Assembly (NCBI GenBank): GCA_028534125.1
Contig: CM052841.1
Span: forward strand, 63,178,001 to 63,242,000
Reading direction: 5' to 3'
DNA length: 64,000 nt
Source: Lama glama
Taxonomy: Eukaryota
Shown: piece after piece, positions 25,168 to 37,482 of the stretch
Position numbering within the stretch: the stretch's first letter is position 1
Layout of the letters: every line of letters starts with the position of its first letter
Translations under genes and position numbers: made by a program
Notes under the pieces: model-generated
What the model saw: only the letters and a program-made list of their open reading frames with translations
What the model was told of the DNA's origin: nothing
Databases searched by the model: none

Positions 25168-25331
25168 CTGCACAGCTGCGCTCCCAGTAGCGGAGCGCTG
25201 CATCCCTCAGTGTCTCATCAGCGAACCTCACTCGGAAAGGGCAACACCGCCTGCGGTGGCCTGAGCCTTCCCCCGAGGAGTTGTGGGTGAGCACAGCCTT
25301 GAGCTTGGGACCCTGTGTAGCGTGGGGCCTG
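25168..25331 (-). CDS. C9orf50: C9orf50 exon 4 (HRPHATQGPKLKAVLTHNSSGEG...CPFRVRFADETLRDAALRYWERSCA); DUF4685 region
   Basis: ttctctcag acceptor (NAGNAG) and G|GTGAAC donor. The CPFRVRFADETL..YWER motif is conserved. Confidence 0.9.
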
Positions 25332-25499
25332 CTGAGAGAAGCGAGAGGGGCAGGGGAGGACCAGGGCCTGAGCTCCCAGTGCCCCACGCCACCCTGACCA
25401 CACACATTCGCCAGCCCGGAGCTCGCTGTGAGACCCTGACAACCACAGGGTTTCCTGAGCACGTCCTGCCCTCAAGGCAGTGGATCAAGTGCGTGACAG

Positions 25500-25670
25500 G
25501 CATCAGCCCACCAAATCCACACCACCTGGGAAACATGATGATTATTCCCATTTTACAGATGAGGAAACTGAGGCACAGAGTTGGTTTTTGTTTTTTTTTT
25601 TTTGCAACTTGCCCAAGGTCACACAGCTGTTTAGAGGTGGAGCTGAGATTTAAATCCTGGTTCCAGAGCG
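25500..25670 (-). mobile_element. MIR SINE
   Basis: cccattttacagatgaggaaactgaggcacagag...acttgcccaaggtcacacagctg. Confidence 0.85.
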
Positions 25671-25714
25671 GGCACTCACACGTCAAGCAATCCAGCAGCA
25701 AGAATAAGGATATG

Positions 25715-25860
25715 AATTTAGGAGTCAGGCAGTCCTGGGTTTCAAGTCTAACTCTTTTGAGCCTCAGTTTCTTTGTCTGGAAAATGGGGATCATCATTGT
25801 GCCCACTGTACAGGGCAGTGAAGAGATGAAAGGGACTTCGGTGCACGTTGCCCAGGGTCT
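25715..25860 (+). mobile_element. MIR SINE
   Basis: ggagtcaggcagtcctgggttt...gagcctcagtttctttgtctggaaaatgggga. Confidence 0.75.
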
Positions 25861-26784
25861 GCGGGGCCAGGAGTGAACATCTCTGACCGGGAGCTGTTCT
25901 CATAATCATCGATTTCAATTATGCTTCCCAGCCATGTGGCCTGGGGCAGACTGCCCTCTCCATTTTGCTTTTTTCCCCTTTAAATTATGTCCTGTGTGCT
26001 ATAGGCATGAGAATAGCTTCCTTATAAGAGTTTGGTGAGCAGCAAGTAAATGATGTGAGGCGTCCAGGACACGGTAAGGAATCTGATATTGGTAAAGTAC
26101 AAGTAAAACGTATCTGTTATTGCTACTGTCATTAACTTACTGTCATTTATTTACTGTCATTAGTTCAGCCTCCAGGGTAGGGCTGTAGGACAGCCAGCTT
26201 GATCCATCCATGGCTCTGTTATTTAGAAATGCCATGTTTGACCTTAAGTATATGCATATTGACATATCTGCCTCCATTTATCTGACCACATCTTTATGTC
26301 CACGTAGACACAGAAGGGATGCTTTTCATAAGCCCACTGAAGAGCCAGGCAGCCAGGAGGTGGCCAAGACAGTTCTGGCTACAGGCATTGGGACCTAGTT
26401 ACCCAACAGTTGTCTGCTTTTGCACGCCTGCTATGTGCCAGCCGCAGGACCTGACACAGGCTCGCTCCAGCTCTGTGGTCTGAACCCTCAGCTTCTGCTC
26501 TCAAAGGCCGCTGGAGCCTGTTCTAAGGCAACCTGGTGTCCTCAGCAGGGCCTCCCAGGGAATCCCACTCACTGAAAGGCGCTCAAGAATTAGCTCCTTA
26601 GTGTGAAACAATGTGGTGTCCACCCTGCTGTTGCTCACATCTGAGATAATGAGTTCCATACTTTTATTTATTCTATCTTGTGAGAAGTAGTATGTTTATT
26701 TGGCCTGATTGATTTAAAGTTCCTAGGTTGGCAGATGTGTTTCATTTCTGGCACCTACTCTGATCCATTTGTGGTGTCTGAAGG

Positions 26785-27400
26785 CAGGTGGATGGATGGA
26801 CTGATGGATGAATTAATGAAAAGGTCATAATAGGACTGAATCTTAGGAGGATGGGTAGATGTATGGATGTATGGGTGGATGAATGATTATGTAGATGAGT
26901 ACATAGACCTGTAGATGGCTTCATGACTAGATTAGAGATGGATAGTATCCTGGATTTACAAGTGGATGGAAAGATTGGTAGATGATTGATTATTGGATTC
27001 ATGGATAGATGGATAGAATTCTGGGAGTTTGTGAATAGCTGGATGATTAGTTAAATGGATGGATGGATGGGTGGATGGATGGCTAGGTGGATTAATGGAT
27101 CAATAGGAGACCTGGTTCATGAGTGGATGGATGGATGGATGAATGGAGAGATTCGTGAACAGGTTGTAAAAGACCTAGCTCAGAGATGAGATGTATGCAA
27201 GGGTGGAAGGGTGAATGGGAGTATGAATATATGTGTGGATCCATGAATGAATTATGAATGTGTTGGTAGCAGACTTGATTCACGGGTGGATGGATTCATA
27301 GATGTTGATGGATGATTCTTGAACAAGTTGGGAGAAGACCTGATTCATGGATGGACACAGAGATGGATGAATAGGTGGACAGATGGATAAATTCATGGGT
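26785..27400. repeat. Degenerate (TGGA)n simple repeat in C9orf50 intron 3
   Basis: Recurrent ggatggat/tgaa units over about 600 bp. Confidence 0.85.
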
Positions 27401-27477
27401 GAAAGTCAGAGCAAAGGAAGGAAGGAAAGAAATGCTCTTTCTCTCCACTCCCTTACCCCCACCCTCCCATAACTCAC

Positions 27478-27594
27478 TGGTTGGCCTTCTTGACTGTGGT
27501 AAGTTGTGAGTGGTCTCTCCTCAAGGGCCCCAGGGCAGGTATCTGATGGAGCAAAATCTTCTTAAGACTATTCTTGAAGTGTGATGACTGGTCC
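27478..27594 (-). CDS. C9orf50: C9orf50 exon 3 (DQSSHFKNSLKKILLHQIPALGPLRRDHSQLTTVKKAN)
   Basis: tgtcttcaag acceptor, CA|GTGAGT donor, 117 nt, phase 2->2. Confidence 0.88.
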
Positions 27595-27696
27595 CTTGAA
27601 GACAAATAGACCACACCTGGCATGAGTGATCCAGGTTCCCCATTGTCGGAGCACTGATGGCAACCCTGTCCCCAGCAGCAGGTCGCTGGCACTTAC

Positions 27697-27784
27697 TGGA
27701 GGTCTGGGAGGAAGGAGCCGCTGGGACACTGAGAACTTCCGCAGTGCTCTGATACACCCCGCTGATGTTGCGATGCTGAGGGTG
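27697..27784 (-). CDS. C9orf50: C9orf50 exon 2 (TPSASQHQRGVSEHCGSSQCPSGSFLPDLQ)
   Basis: ggctcccag acceptor and CA|GTAAGT donor. Matches recalled human PQHQRGVLEHC...SFLPDL. Confidence 0.88.
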
Positions 27785-27979
27785 CTGGGAGCCAGGAGGA
27801 GGTGGAAATAGCTATGAGCCTTCGCTTGGGTATAGTCCTTACTAGGCTCTACCTAGTTGTATGGCCTCGGGCCTCAGTTTACTCATCTGTACAGTAGGGG
27901 CAATGGTAGACCTGCCCTCAAGGAGTGGTTACCAGGCATACTCCGAACACTAGCATCATTCTATGCCAGGTGGTGGGAC

Positions 27980-28800
27980 CCCGTCCCCCCGCCGGAAATT
28001 ACTCAGCCCCGCCCTTGCCCCGCCCCCTGGAAGGTCCAGCAGGGCCTCACTCGGTGGCTTTGTCTGCTGGGTACACTGGACTCCGAGCTGGCACAGGAAC
28101 TCTCGGAATCGGCTGGGGAGGAGCTCTCCTACGAGGGCGCCCAAGGAGTCGGGGGCCTCCTTGGCGGAGCCCCTGCGCGGGTCCTCGCACGGTCCAGGCC
28201 CGGGGCGCGAGGGCGCCGGTTCCTGAGGCTCGCGGGCCCGGAGCAGGGGCGGCAGCAGCGGCGACCTCAGCGCTGTCCGGTTCCTCGCCGCCCGCTGGGC
28301 CAGGGTGGGCAAGGCGGGCAGGCGCGGCCGGGAGCGCCTGACGCCCACCCCGGAATCTAAGTGCGAGGCCTCACACCCCGCGTCCTCCCACCAGTCGGCG
28401 CCGCTCCCCGAGGCCCTCGACCCCCAGGAGAAGCCCCGCACGCCAGAGGATGCTCGGAGCTCGGGCAGAAGTAGCCTGGGCAGCCCCGGGTCTTTCCTTC
28501 GGCGAACGCCATCGCCGGGGAGCCCCTCGGGCGCCACCTGCTGGGCCCAGGAGCGGGGGTGACGCCGGGGCATGTCTGGTCCTGCGCTCAGCTCAGGGCA
28601 TCCTCACGCCTGTGGGGGCGGGGGGTGCCGTGCGAAGTGGAGAGGCGGGCATAGACCAGCCCCCAGGCCATAGCGCCCAGAGCGGGGCAGTCTGGTTTTG
28701 GGGGGTACCACCACTGGCTCGCCAGACAGTAGTAAGTGGCTCCCGGCTACAGCGCTCCGATCCTCTGTTTCCTCACCTGAGAAACGGTGACGGCGAGAGT
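27980..28800. promoter_or_regulatory. CpG island over the C9orf50 promoter/exon 1
   Basis: Dense CpG, with a CTCF-consensus motif at 28531-28544. Confidence 0.8.
28051..28573 (-). CDS. C9orf50: C9orf50 exon 1 coding part (MPRRHPRSWAQQVAPEGLPGDG...GELLPSRFREFL...TKPP)
   Basis: ATG at 28573, A|GTGAGG donor, inside a CpG island. GLPGDG and GELLPSRFREFL match human. The spliced ORF is 429 or 441 aa. Confidence 0.9.
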
Positions 28801-29169
28801 ACCCACCTTTTTGAGTTGCTGTGACGTTTAAATGAGCGAGCCCACGTAAATGGCTTAGAATAGTGCACGTTGTACATGCTCAACAAACACTAGCTGACAT
28901 TATTATCGTTTTTTAAGAAGTTATTTAGGATTTACTCTCAGTTCCACTTATTAGCTGTGCCCTTGGGCAAGACTGGCAATTAACCTCTCTCAGTGTCCTC
29001 ATCTGTAGAATGGGGATAACGGAGTCCTTTTGAGCGTGAAATAGCACCACGTGGTAGGGAGCACTTAGCACTTGGAGGGTTTAACGTCCTGTTACTGTTA
29101 CCAGCGCTACCGTGGCAATCGGGAACCTGGAACCAGCTTGAAAGGGTGACCTGCCCTGCAGCTGCCCAG

Positions 29170-29330
29170 TCCTGCTGGAGGCCCAGAGCCTCTTGTGGGT
29201 GGGAACTTCTTGAAAATACAGATACCCCAGATTCTGATTCACGGGGTCCTGGGTGGGGCCAAGACGCTTATTTTTTAACAAACTTCCTCTTTGGGAAACA
29301 GAGCCCCAGACCGCCCCCAGCTTCTGACAC
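29170..29330. mobile_element. MER5-like hAT-Charlie fragment
   Basis: gaaaatacagat...cagattctgattca..gggtcctgggtggggccaaga...atttttaacaa. Confidence 0.6.
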
Positions 29331-30894
29331 TGGGGTCTCAGAGCCAGCTCCTTCCCTACCATACCCCACTCCCAGATGGTTGTCAGCTCTGAGCTGTCTT
29401 CTAGTGTCACACTCACCGCAGTGGGGTCTGGAGGCAGGGCCAGAGACAGTTCCCTGAATTTAGAGCCCCCCTAACAGGTGGGCTGGTCCTTGGGAGAGCC
29501 CATCTTCCTGGCCTGGTCCCTCCGCGGGCTCCTCCCTGCTGCCTCTAGGGCCTCTTCAGTCATTGTGATCCGCCCCTCACCCCAGGCCAAGTGGGAGTGA
29601 GGCTAGGGGCAGAGGGCGGGGCTGCTGTTTTCAGGATGCCAAGGCTGCAGTCACAAGAGGGCGTGGGACTCCTGGCCAGGGCAGCCAGGCCCAAGCCAGC
29701 GAAGAAGGAACCAGGGTTCGGCTACCCCTCTGGTTCTGGGAGGCTCAGGTGGGTCACGTTTGGGCTGGGTGGCTCTGGAACTTCCACTAGAAGGCTGGGC
29801 AGTAAGAATGCTGTGCACCTGGAAACTAAGAGAACCAGTTCTGAGTTGACCCTCTGCTCCTGCCTGCTGTGTGATTCTGGATAAATCTCTCCTTTCTCAG
29901 GGCTCCATGGTGAAATGGACTTTTGGGTCCCCATCTGTGGCTCTTGAAACACCAGACTAACTAGATGATTTCTAAGAAGCCCGCCAACCCTTACTTGCTG
30001 CAAACATTTATTGAACAATACTATGTGCAAGGTTTGGGAATTCAGAGATGCAAGACACTGTGAGGTCAGCAGGCTGGCCAGACCCAAAAGGCCTTGGAGT
30101 CCAGGTGTAGGGAAGGGACTTTGTCTTCCATTGACAGGAAGCAAAGTTAGGGGTGGATTTTTAGGTGCCCCTAAAAGAGCTAGGCTCAGAGCTGCCCCCC
30201 AAATATTACAGATACCTCCAGCAATTGAGATTGTCCAAGTTTATCCCCTTGCCACAGAGACGTGGAAAATGATGCTTGGGAGACGGGCCCAAGCCAGGGG
30301 GACCAAGTCGAACCTAAAGTACCCTAGAGAGGTACTTCAGAGGTGCCAAAAATATGGACAGATTTGGGGGACTCAACAGCAGGTGACCCTTTGCAGTGCA
30401 CCCCTCACCATAGCTTTCATTTCATTAGAGCAACACACTTTAAGCACCTGGTGTGGAACGCCCAGAGGAAATCACTGTAAATCTAAGTCAGGATGTCAGT
30501 TTAGGAAAAAAGAACTTATGATGAATATTGTGACTATTATGATACATATGAATATTGTGGTGAATTTTATGAAGCAGCTTCTATTTACTGAGAGCTCGCG
30601 CCAAGCACAGGGCTGAAGACTTGATGCACAATGTCCCACAAATTTAACCCTCAAAATGTTGGAAGGTGAGTAATTATTACACCTATCCGGCAGAAAAGGA
30701 TACCGAGGCTTGAAGAGGTTCACAAGGTCTACCTATCTGCAAACTCACATTTCCATCAAGGCTGCTTCAGGGAACTCTCTAGAATTTCTGTGTATGGGAG
30801 ATTAGGGGAGGCAACCTTTTTGGAATGGAAACTTAATGGACTTGTTCTGCTTATTTGGAGTGGCAACCTCATGGCACTGCCAGAGGTATTTTCT

Positions 30895-30926
30895 CTTCTT
30901 TCTTTTCTTTTCTTTCTTTCTTTCTC

Positions 30927-30976
<50 letters not shown>
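30895..30976. repeat. (TTTC)n microsatellite
   Basis: Seen directly in the sequence. Confidence 0.97.
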
Positions 30977-30977
<1 letters not shown>

Positions 30978-31089
30978 GTGCATTATTTAAAGATGTTCAT
31001 TGTTACGGGTCGGATTAAGGCTTGAATGAAACTTTCCCTCCCCCTCTTTACCCAGTGGAAACCCACAGAAGGCTCATTTTTAAAAGTCC

Positions 31090-31690
31090 AGCCTCGCCGC
31101 CTCCAAAAGAGCTGATGCGCAAGCTGGAGGCGGGACAGGGTCTGCACAGCGGCCGTCTCCTTAAGACTACGAGGCTCTCCCGATACTAAACTCCCGTTAG
31201 GTTCCCAGCCCACGGGGCGGGGCAAGCCGATCACGGGGCGGAGCCCGCCTCGGCCCCGCCCCTCCAGGCGCCCGGAAGTGATGTAAGCGGACAAAGGCGG
31301 CGCCAGCCGCGAGGTGTCGCTTTTGGCCGAGGTCTGACGGAGCTGGTTGTGGGTTTGTGGGGTCTTCGCCTCCGCCGCCCTCCCTTCCTCTTTCTGGTCC
31401 TCTTCTCCCGCGTCCCGGGAGCCCCCGCCCGGGGTGAGTAGTGCGAGGCGGAGCGGGGGGGGGCGGGGGCGGCCGCCGGGAGAGGGGAGGTCCCGGCCCC
31501 CAACTGCCTCGGTGCCCTGAGGCCCCGGCTCTTCACGTGATCCGGGCTCTAGCCGGCCGGGCCCCACGTGCGCGCTCGGGGGAGGTCGGCGGGCCGGGCC
31601 TGGGCCCCGGGTTGGGGGTGGAGGAAGGCCGAGGCACCCCCGAAGCCTGACCAATGCACTCCCCTACGCCAGCTCCCCCCGCAGCAAGTC
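31090..31690 (+). promoter_or_regulatory. NTMT1 CpG-island promoter
   Basis: GC boxes (ggggcgggg, ggccccgccc), ETS/GABPA ccggaagtg at 31272-31280, dense CpG. Confidence 0.8.
31290..31433 (+). other. NTMT1: NTMT1 non-coding exon 1 (start approximate)
   Basis: GGG|GTGAGT donor at 31434, downstream of the promoter motifs. Confidence 0.65.
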
Positions 31691-34600
31691 CCTCTCCCGT
31701 TCTGAGCCTCAGTTTCCCCTGTGAGAAACGAAGGTAAGGAGAGCACCCACTAGGAAGATGGATGTGAGGATTCAGTAAAATGCTCAGATCAGAGTCGCCC
31801 GCAGGGTAATGCCTGTTACATGGAAGTTGCTGTCATATTTCACTTTGGACCTGACCCCAGTTACGGCTCAACATAGGTGCCACTCAAAAGACAGCCCACT
31901 GCCAAGAGACCTTGGAGTCAAGGTCAGCCTGTTGGCAGAGAAGCTGCCATTTCAGAAGGCCCAGGCTTTGCTGCCCATCAACTCTGTGCTCTCTCTGGAC
32001 CCTGGTTTCTTCGTCTGAACCATAAAGGGTAGAAACAGCTGGTGTCAGAAGCTTTGCCGGTAAGGCTGGGCAGTATTGCACATGGTCTGGATGTATGGAA
32101 TCTGCCCAGTAAGATGGGATGAGCCCCTGGGAGGACTAGGGCTTTGACCAGGGTAAGAAGTCTGGATTCTGCCAAATCCTGTTCCTGGCTTCCTCTGTGT
32201 GTGCATCACTCCATTATTGGAATGGTTTTTCTCCCTGTAAACTATGGACTGTGGGAGTGTTGGAAGTACATGTGGAATGCTTTGGTGGAGGCCAGAAGCC
32301 ACAATCACAAAGATAGAGTCTCTAAAACCTGCAGTATTTCCCCGCTTACATGGATTGGAATCTCACTCCCCTCCTACGTGGATTGGTAGAGCTGTTTGAG
32401 TCTGCGTAAGTCATAATCCCTTAGGTGTGGCCAACACGCTAAGGTTTATAGGGCCTTTCAGTGCATTTTCTCATTAGATCTTCACACTTGGCAGAGAGAA
32501 TTCATGAGAATCTCATTTGACAGAGAGTTTTACGTTTGAGATTGATACGTGCCCGGCAACGTATGGATCACTTTACACTTTTATATCCACGTCTAATCAT
32601 CACAGCCTTCCTGTAAATATTGCTGTTGCCATTTAATAGATAAAGACACTTATTTAAACTGAGGTTGTGTCTTACCTGAGTCTACACAGCCGATGAGAAG
32701 CGAAGCTGGGATTCAGACCTGGTTCATTTTAGTCCATCTGAGCCTTTGCTTTTTAATCCCCTTAATTTTTTTTTCTTTGTCTTCCTTACTCCCTCCCTCC
32801 CTTTCTCTTTCATAGAGCACCCTGCCATTCTCATAAGTCCAACTGCTGTCCACACAGATCCAGGGAGAACAGGCCCTGTCCTATAATACGGTGTGGGAGG
32901 GAAGAGGTAGCTTCGGGCAGGCTCTTGCCTCCTGTTGCTTCCGGTCTCTTTCTTAGAGACTGGAGAGGAGGATGAGATCAGCCTGCAGAGCCCGATGGGG
33001 ACAGTTCTAACACCGTTCTCTCCCACGTATCCTGGGAGAAGAGTAGCAACTGGAGCGGCTGCCTGGGTGTTTCCCTGAACGCCTTTGGCAGGGGAGGTGT
33101 TGGCCAGATGACCATGAAGGATGCACAGACACATTCTACTGGCTGAGGAGTGGTTCTCTGAGAAAGGGTTCCTCTTCCCCTCCAAGCTGGACTGGAGCAC
33201 CCACCAAGCCAGCCTGGGCCCAGGTGCCTTCCACCTCCCTGCAGCCAGGTAGCTCCTCGCTGTGATCTGGACAGAGTGGAGGAGGACTTCCTGCAGTCTG
33301 ACAACCCAGCTGTTCCCTCTGACTCCTGGGGACCTGCCCACCCCAATCTGGACGCCCAGAAGCAAAGTGTAGACAGGGCCCCAGAAATCACGTTTAGTAA
33401 TGAATCTAAGCTGCTAGAACAAATGTCAGAGTTATACTTGCCATTTCCCAGCCTGTGTATGCCTCCCCTGGCTGGTTCCTAGAATCTGCCAGTAAGTAGA
33501 ATGCTTGTAAATTAGATTATTCGGGGGACCTTGACATTTAAAGGAATCATGTTGTAAAGGCTTTGGGGAAAGCAAAGAATTATATTGTCAGTAATGGGCT
33601 TCAGCCTTATCAGGTTTCAGTGGTTAGGTTTTTGTCTGTAGGGTTTTTTTTTAAAGTGTAAAATGACTAGCTGCACAAAGGTCCTTCTTCGATTCATTCA
33701 GCAACCAATTAGTAAACACCCACCTTGTGACAGGTGTAAGGCTGATGGTGTATGAGGTAACGTCCCTGCTCCTGGGAAGCTCACCTCCCGGGAGGGTAGG
33801 CCAACAGATAGAATACAGCCAGGTAAGTGTGCACCTGCAGATTTATTTGGTTCATTTGATCAGAAGGGAGCTTTTGGTTGAATACCTGTGTGCTACGCGG
33901 GATGCAAGAGAAATACAGTGATGCATCCTGGTGTCCACTGCTTTCTAAAGAGTTCCCAGTCCAGTGGGGAGATGGATACAGATACAGAACCAGAGATTTG
34001 TCAAGGCTGGTGGGCGGTACGGGGGACAGGGCTGAACTTGCTGAGCCTGTGGGCTCATCTCCCACACCCGCTTTCTCTGTCCACACTGCAGCCCGCCCAG
34101 GCCATCACCCAGTTCTCTGTGTAGCATGCATGTCATGCCTCTTCTGCTCTGTCCCCATCCAGAACATTCCTTGTCCTAAGGGCCCGGCTCAGGGGCTGCC
34201 TTCTCTCGGCTGCTGCCTCGTCTTCCATTTGGAAGGGACTCCTCCATCCCCTGAGTTTCCATAGCACTTTGTGGCTCAACGAAGGGTCCTTGTTTCTGCC
34301 TTGTGCTTTTGATGGTTCCATTTCTTCCTGTCTCTCCTCTGGATTGTAAGCTCTCAGGGGGTCGGACTTGATCTGGACAAGCCTCACAGCAGCTGGGACA
34401 GCACCTGCCCATGGTGGCCATCTGTAGCTGAGAGCCATGCCTAGGTGGAGAGATGTGATCCTCCGACCCTTCCTGTCGCGGTGTGGATGTCCCTCCCTGA
34501 GTGTGGCACTGTCGAACCGTCCCCCCTCTCCTGTGCAGCGCTGGGGGCTCAGCTCTGCCGCCAGGGCCTGGCCGCTGCTTCCTGACCCGTCCGCTTTCAC

Positions 34601-35467
34601 TCTTCCCGCAGTCCACACAGCCTTCCAGAAGCATCCAGCTCAGACCGCTCCCTGCTTATCCTAGAGGAGTTCAAGCTCATTGCTCTTAGTGTGGAGTCTA
34701 AACTACTAAATGTAACCTGCAGGACCCGAGGTTTCCCATTGGAAGGTTCTCCACACACTTTCTTCCCGAAGCAGCCGTCCTGACTGCTTAGCAAACACGT
34801 CCTCCGTCTTAGTTCCAGCTGTGTGTCCTGTCCCCAGGGGTGTCTGCCCTGATGCCCGGCTACACTTGGTTCCTCGGGCTGTTCCCTTCTAGCCCCAGTA
34901 CCTCTGCCATCCTCACACACGATTGTGTGTGTCCGTTGTCCTGGTTCACAGCCCGGAGCCTGGCAGAGTCTGTCTGATGGTAACGAAGGACTGGACCCTG
35001 CAGTGAGCTTGTTTCTGTGCTCACGAGAGAGGAAGGCAGGTGTGGGGCTCCTTGGGCCCCTGTCGCGGCCAGCTGAAATTTCTGCTGTAGGAGGCCTGGG
35101 TTCTTTGCTGTGTTTTCCTTTCTCTTAAGTGCAGGTTGGGGGTCTCTGTACCCTGGGGTCAGAAGCCACTGAGTCAGGTGTCATGAAGAGTAAGGAAGGA
35201 ACCAGAAGCCAGGACTCTGGGTCTCCTGCTCTGACATAAAGATAGCTTTGGAAAATGACTTGAATGCAAGAGACAGAAGGCACTGCCATCCAAAGGGTGG
35301 AAGCAGATTTGGGGACACTGGCCATTCCTCTGTGTCAGGCAGGATCGTGTGACCAGGAAAAGCACGGTGTGGGACTCGGGCCCTCAACCAGGCTCCTTTA
35401 CTCTTTTCTATTTAGGAGGCGCCACTGCTGAATTTGGTGCCTGAGCAGAGACGTGGTTGGTGACAGC

Positions 35468-35629
35468 ATGACGAGTGAGGTGATCGAAGATGAGAAACAA
35501 TTCTATTCCAAGGCCAAGACGTACTGGAAGGAGGTCCCACCCACCGTGGACGGCATGCTCGGGGGGTATGGCCACATCTCCAGCATCGACATCAACAGCT
35601 CCCGGAAGTTCCTGCAGAGGTTCCTGAGG
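35468..35629 (+). CDS. NTMT1: NTMT1 first coding exon (MTSEVIEDEKQFYSKAKTYWKEVPPTVDGMLGGYGHISSIDINSSRKFLQRFLR); exon begins at 35416
   Basis: Recognised N-terminal Xaa-Pro-Lys methyltransferase 1 sequence. ttttctatttag acceptor and AGG|GTAGGC donor. Confidence 0.97.
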
Positions 35630-36408
35630 GTAGGCAGGTCTGGTGTGCTCTCCAGGAGGAGAGGACGTGGCGCTGGTGGCCCTGCCTGGTCTGCATGGGG
35701 CACCACCTTCACCATGCAGGGTCTCCGGTTCTCAGCCGGTGTCTGCCACCCCCGCCTCGGAGAGCGGGTGGAGCGGCTTGCAGATTCTGCCTCAAGGTTA
35801 CCAGATGGGACAGGGCTGTTAGGCTGGGGCCTCCCGGGTGCCAGAACGAAGCGGTCCTCTGGCAAACTGTCCAGTTTTTCCAGAGGCAAAACCTTTGCTC
35901 TTCTGCTGTGTTGGCAAGCATTTGGGCTATAGGTGTTGGCTGTTCTGCAGAACACAGGCTCCTAGTTACTCGCCCCGCCGCCCTCGTCTGCATCAGGCTG
36001 GCTTTGCCCTGGGTCTGCCTCCTTGTCTCCAGGAGGCTGCTGCTTGCTCCCCGCTCCACACACGTTCCATTTTCCCACATTGGCACACTGCTTGCCCCCT
36101 TCCATTCCTTCACTGCTTGAATCGTTTTTATTCTTGCTCTGCTGTAATTTTAATGGGGTCTCAGGAGTGAGATGAATGCACCTATTCAAGTCAACACCTT
36201 TATGTGGAAGCTGGCTTTTGTTTTAGAAACGTGTGGCCCAGAAAAAGCGTTCTGTGCTCACACGCTCTGACGTCCCCACCAGTGCCAGCTGCCAGTCTGG
36301 GCCCAGCCCTGATTTGAGTTGTCCCAGGGCTCATGAAGAACAGCCCCTTCACAGAGACAGGGCGCCTCTGGCTTCCTAATCCTTAGCGCCTGCCTCCTCT
36401 GCTTTTAG

Positions 36409-36661
36409 GAAGGCCCGAACAAGACAGGAACCTCGTGTGCCCTGGACTGCGGAGCTGGCATCGGGAGAATCACCAAGCGGCTGCTCTTGCCTCTCTTCGC
36501 GGTGGTGGACATGGTGGACGTGACAGAGGACTTTCTGGTCAAGGCTAAGACCTACCTGGGGGAGGAGGGCAAGAGAGTGAGGAACTACTTCTGCTGTGGG
36601 CTCCAGGACTTCAGCCCAGAGCCCAGCTCTTACGACGTCATCTGGATCCAGTGGGTAATAG
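36409..36661 (+). CDS. NTMT1: NTMT1 coding exon 2 (EGPNKTGTSCALDCGAGIGRITKRLLLP...YDVIWIQWVIG)
   Basis: SAM-binding motif I LDCGAGIGR. ttttag acceptor, G|GTGAGC donor, 253 nt. Confidence 0.97.
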
Positions 36662-37482
36662 GTGAGCATCCCCTGGCCCTTATCCGCCTTCCCGTGCGTC
36701 TCAGAGGCTGGGCTTCCCTACGCCTCGGGAGCCTCGAATCCTCCCCCTGCTCCCCAGACTCCACCTAAAAGGTTAATCTGCTTCCATGTTTTGTTTTGAC
36801 TCAATACCTGCTACAACCCACTTGGGTGCAGTTTTTGGTTGAAAAAATTTAAATTGCCAATAACTTACTGCATTCAAAGAATGTGGAAATGAGTTTTTGT
36901 AAGTAAGGGGTTTTTAGTCAGAGGAAAAGTTGAAGCCTTGGCTCCCCTGCCCCACCCCGCCATTCGCGGTGAACGAGCCCTACTCTGTCCACATCCTGTC
37001 CTGCGCCCACTTGGCCTAGCAGCACAGCCAGGGTGCTCTTCTCAGGCTGCTGACTTGGCGGCAGGCCCCCTCCTCCAAGGTGGGCAGCACAGGCCTGCTA
37101 GGGACACGCTCGGTCGGGCCTGTAGTTTGTGGTCCCCAAAAAGCCTGTCTCAAGTTTTAATGTAGGGAAGGAACTCTGTTTGGCACAGGCCCCTGATCCA
37201 GGCCTAGGAGGGGCGAGTGGTGTGGAGGGCAGGTGTTGGGCAGGGCCTAGAAGTCACCCAGTCAGGGTGAAACCCCAGCTGCGTACTTTCTGATTGCCAT
37301 CAGGTAGGTGACTTCGAGCGTTTCCTCTTAAGATGGGGCCTGGTAAACCCCTCCAGGCTGCTGGGAGCCAGTGAGCCCTGTGTGTTAAGCACAGAGTAAG
37401 TGCCCGGCAAGTCAGTAAGAGGTGGCGGAAAGAAAGGCAGTGGTGAAGTGCCCGGTTCTTCCCCGGTAACGGCCTCCTCCTT

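Noticed and set aside
25500-25860. Inverted MIR pair near C9orf50 exon 4 as a splicing hairpin
   Set aside because: The copies are too diverged for stable pairing, and MIRs are dense throughout the window.
26785-27400. Repetitive block considered as a CRISPR-like or coding repeat array
   Set aside because: It is a degenerate (TGGA)n simple repeat with no repeat-spacer periodicity, in a eukaryotic intron.
28560-28573. Idea that neighbouring C9orf50/ASB6 (MP- starts) are NTMT1 substrates
   Set aside because: After Met removal they begin P-R-R and P-F-L, which do not fit the X-P-K/R consensus.
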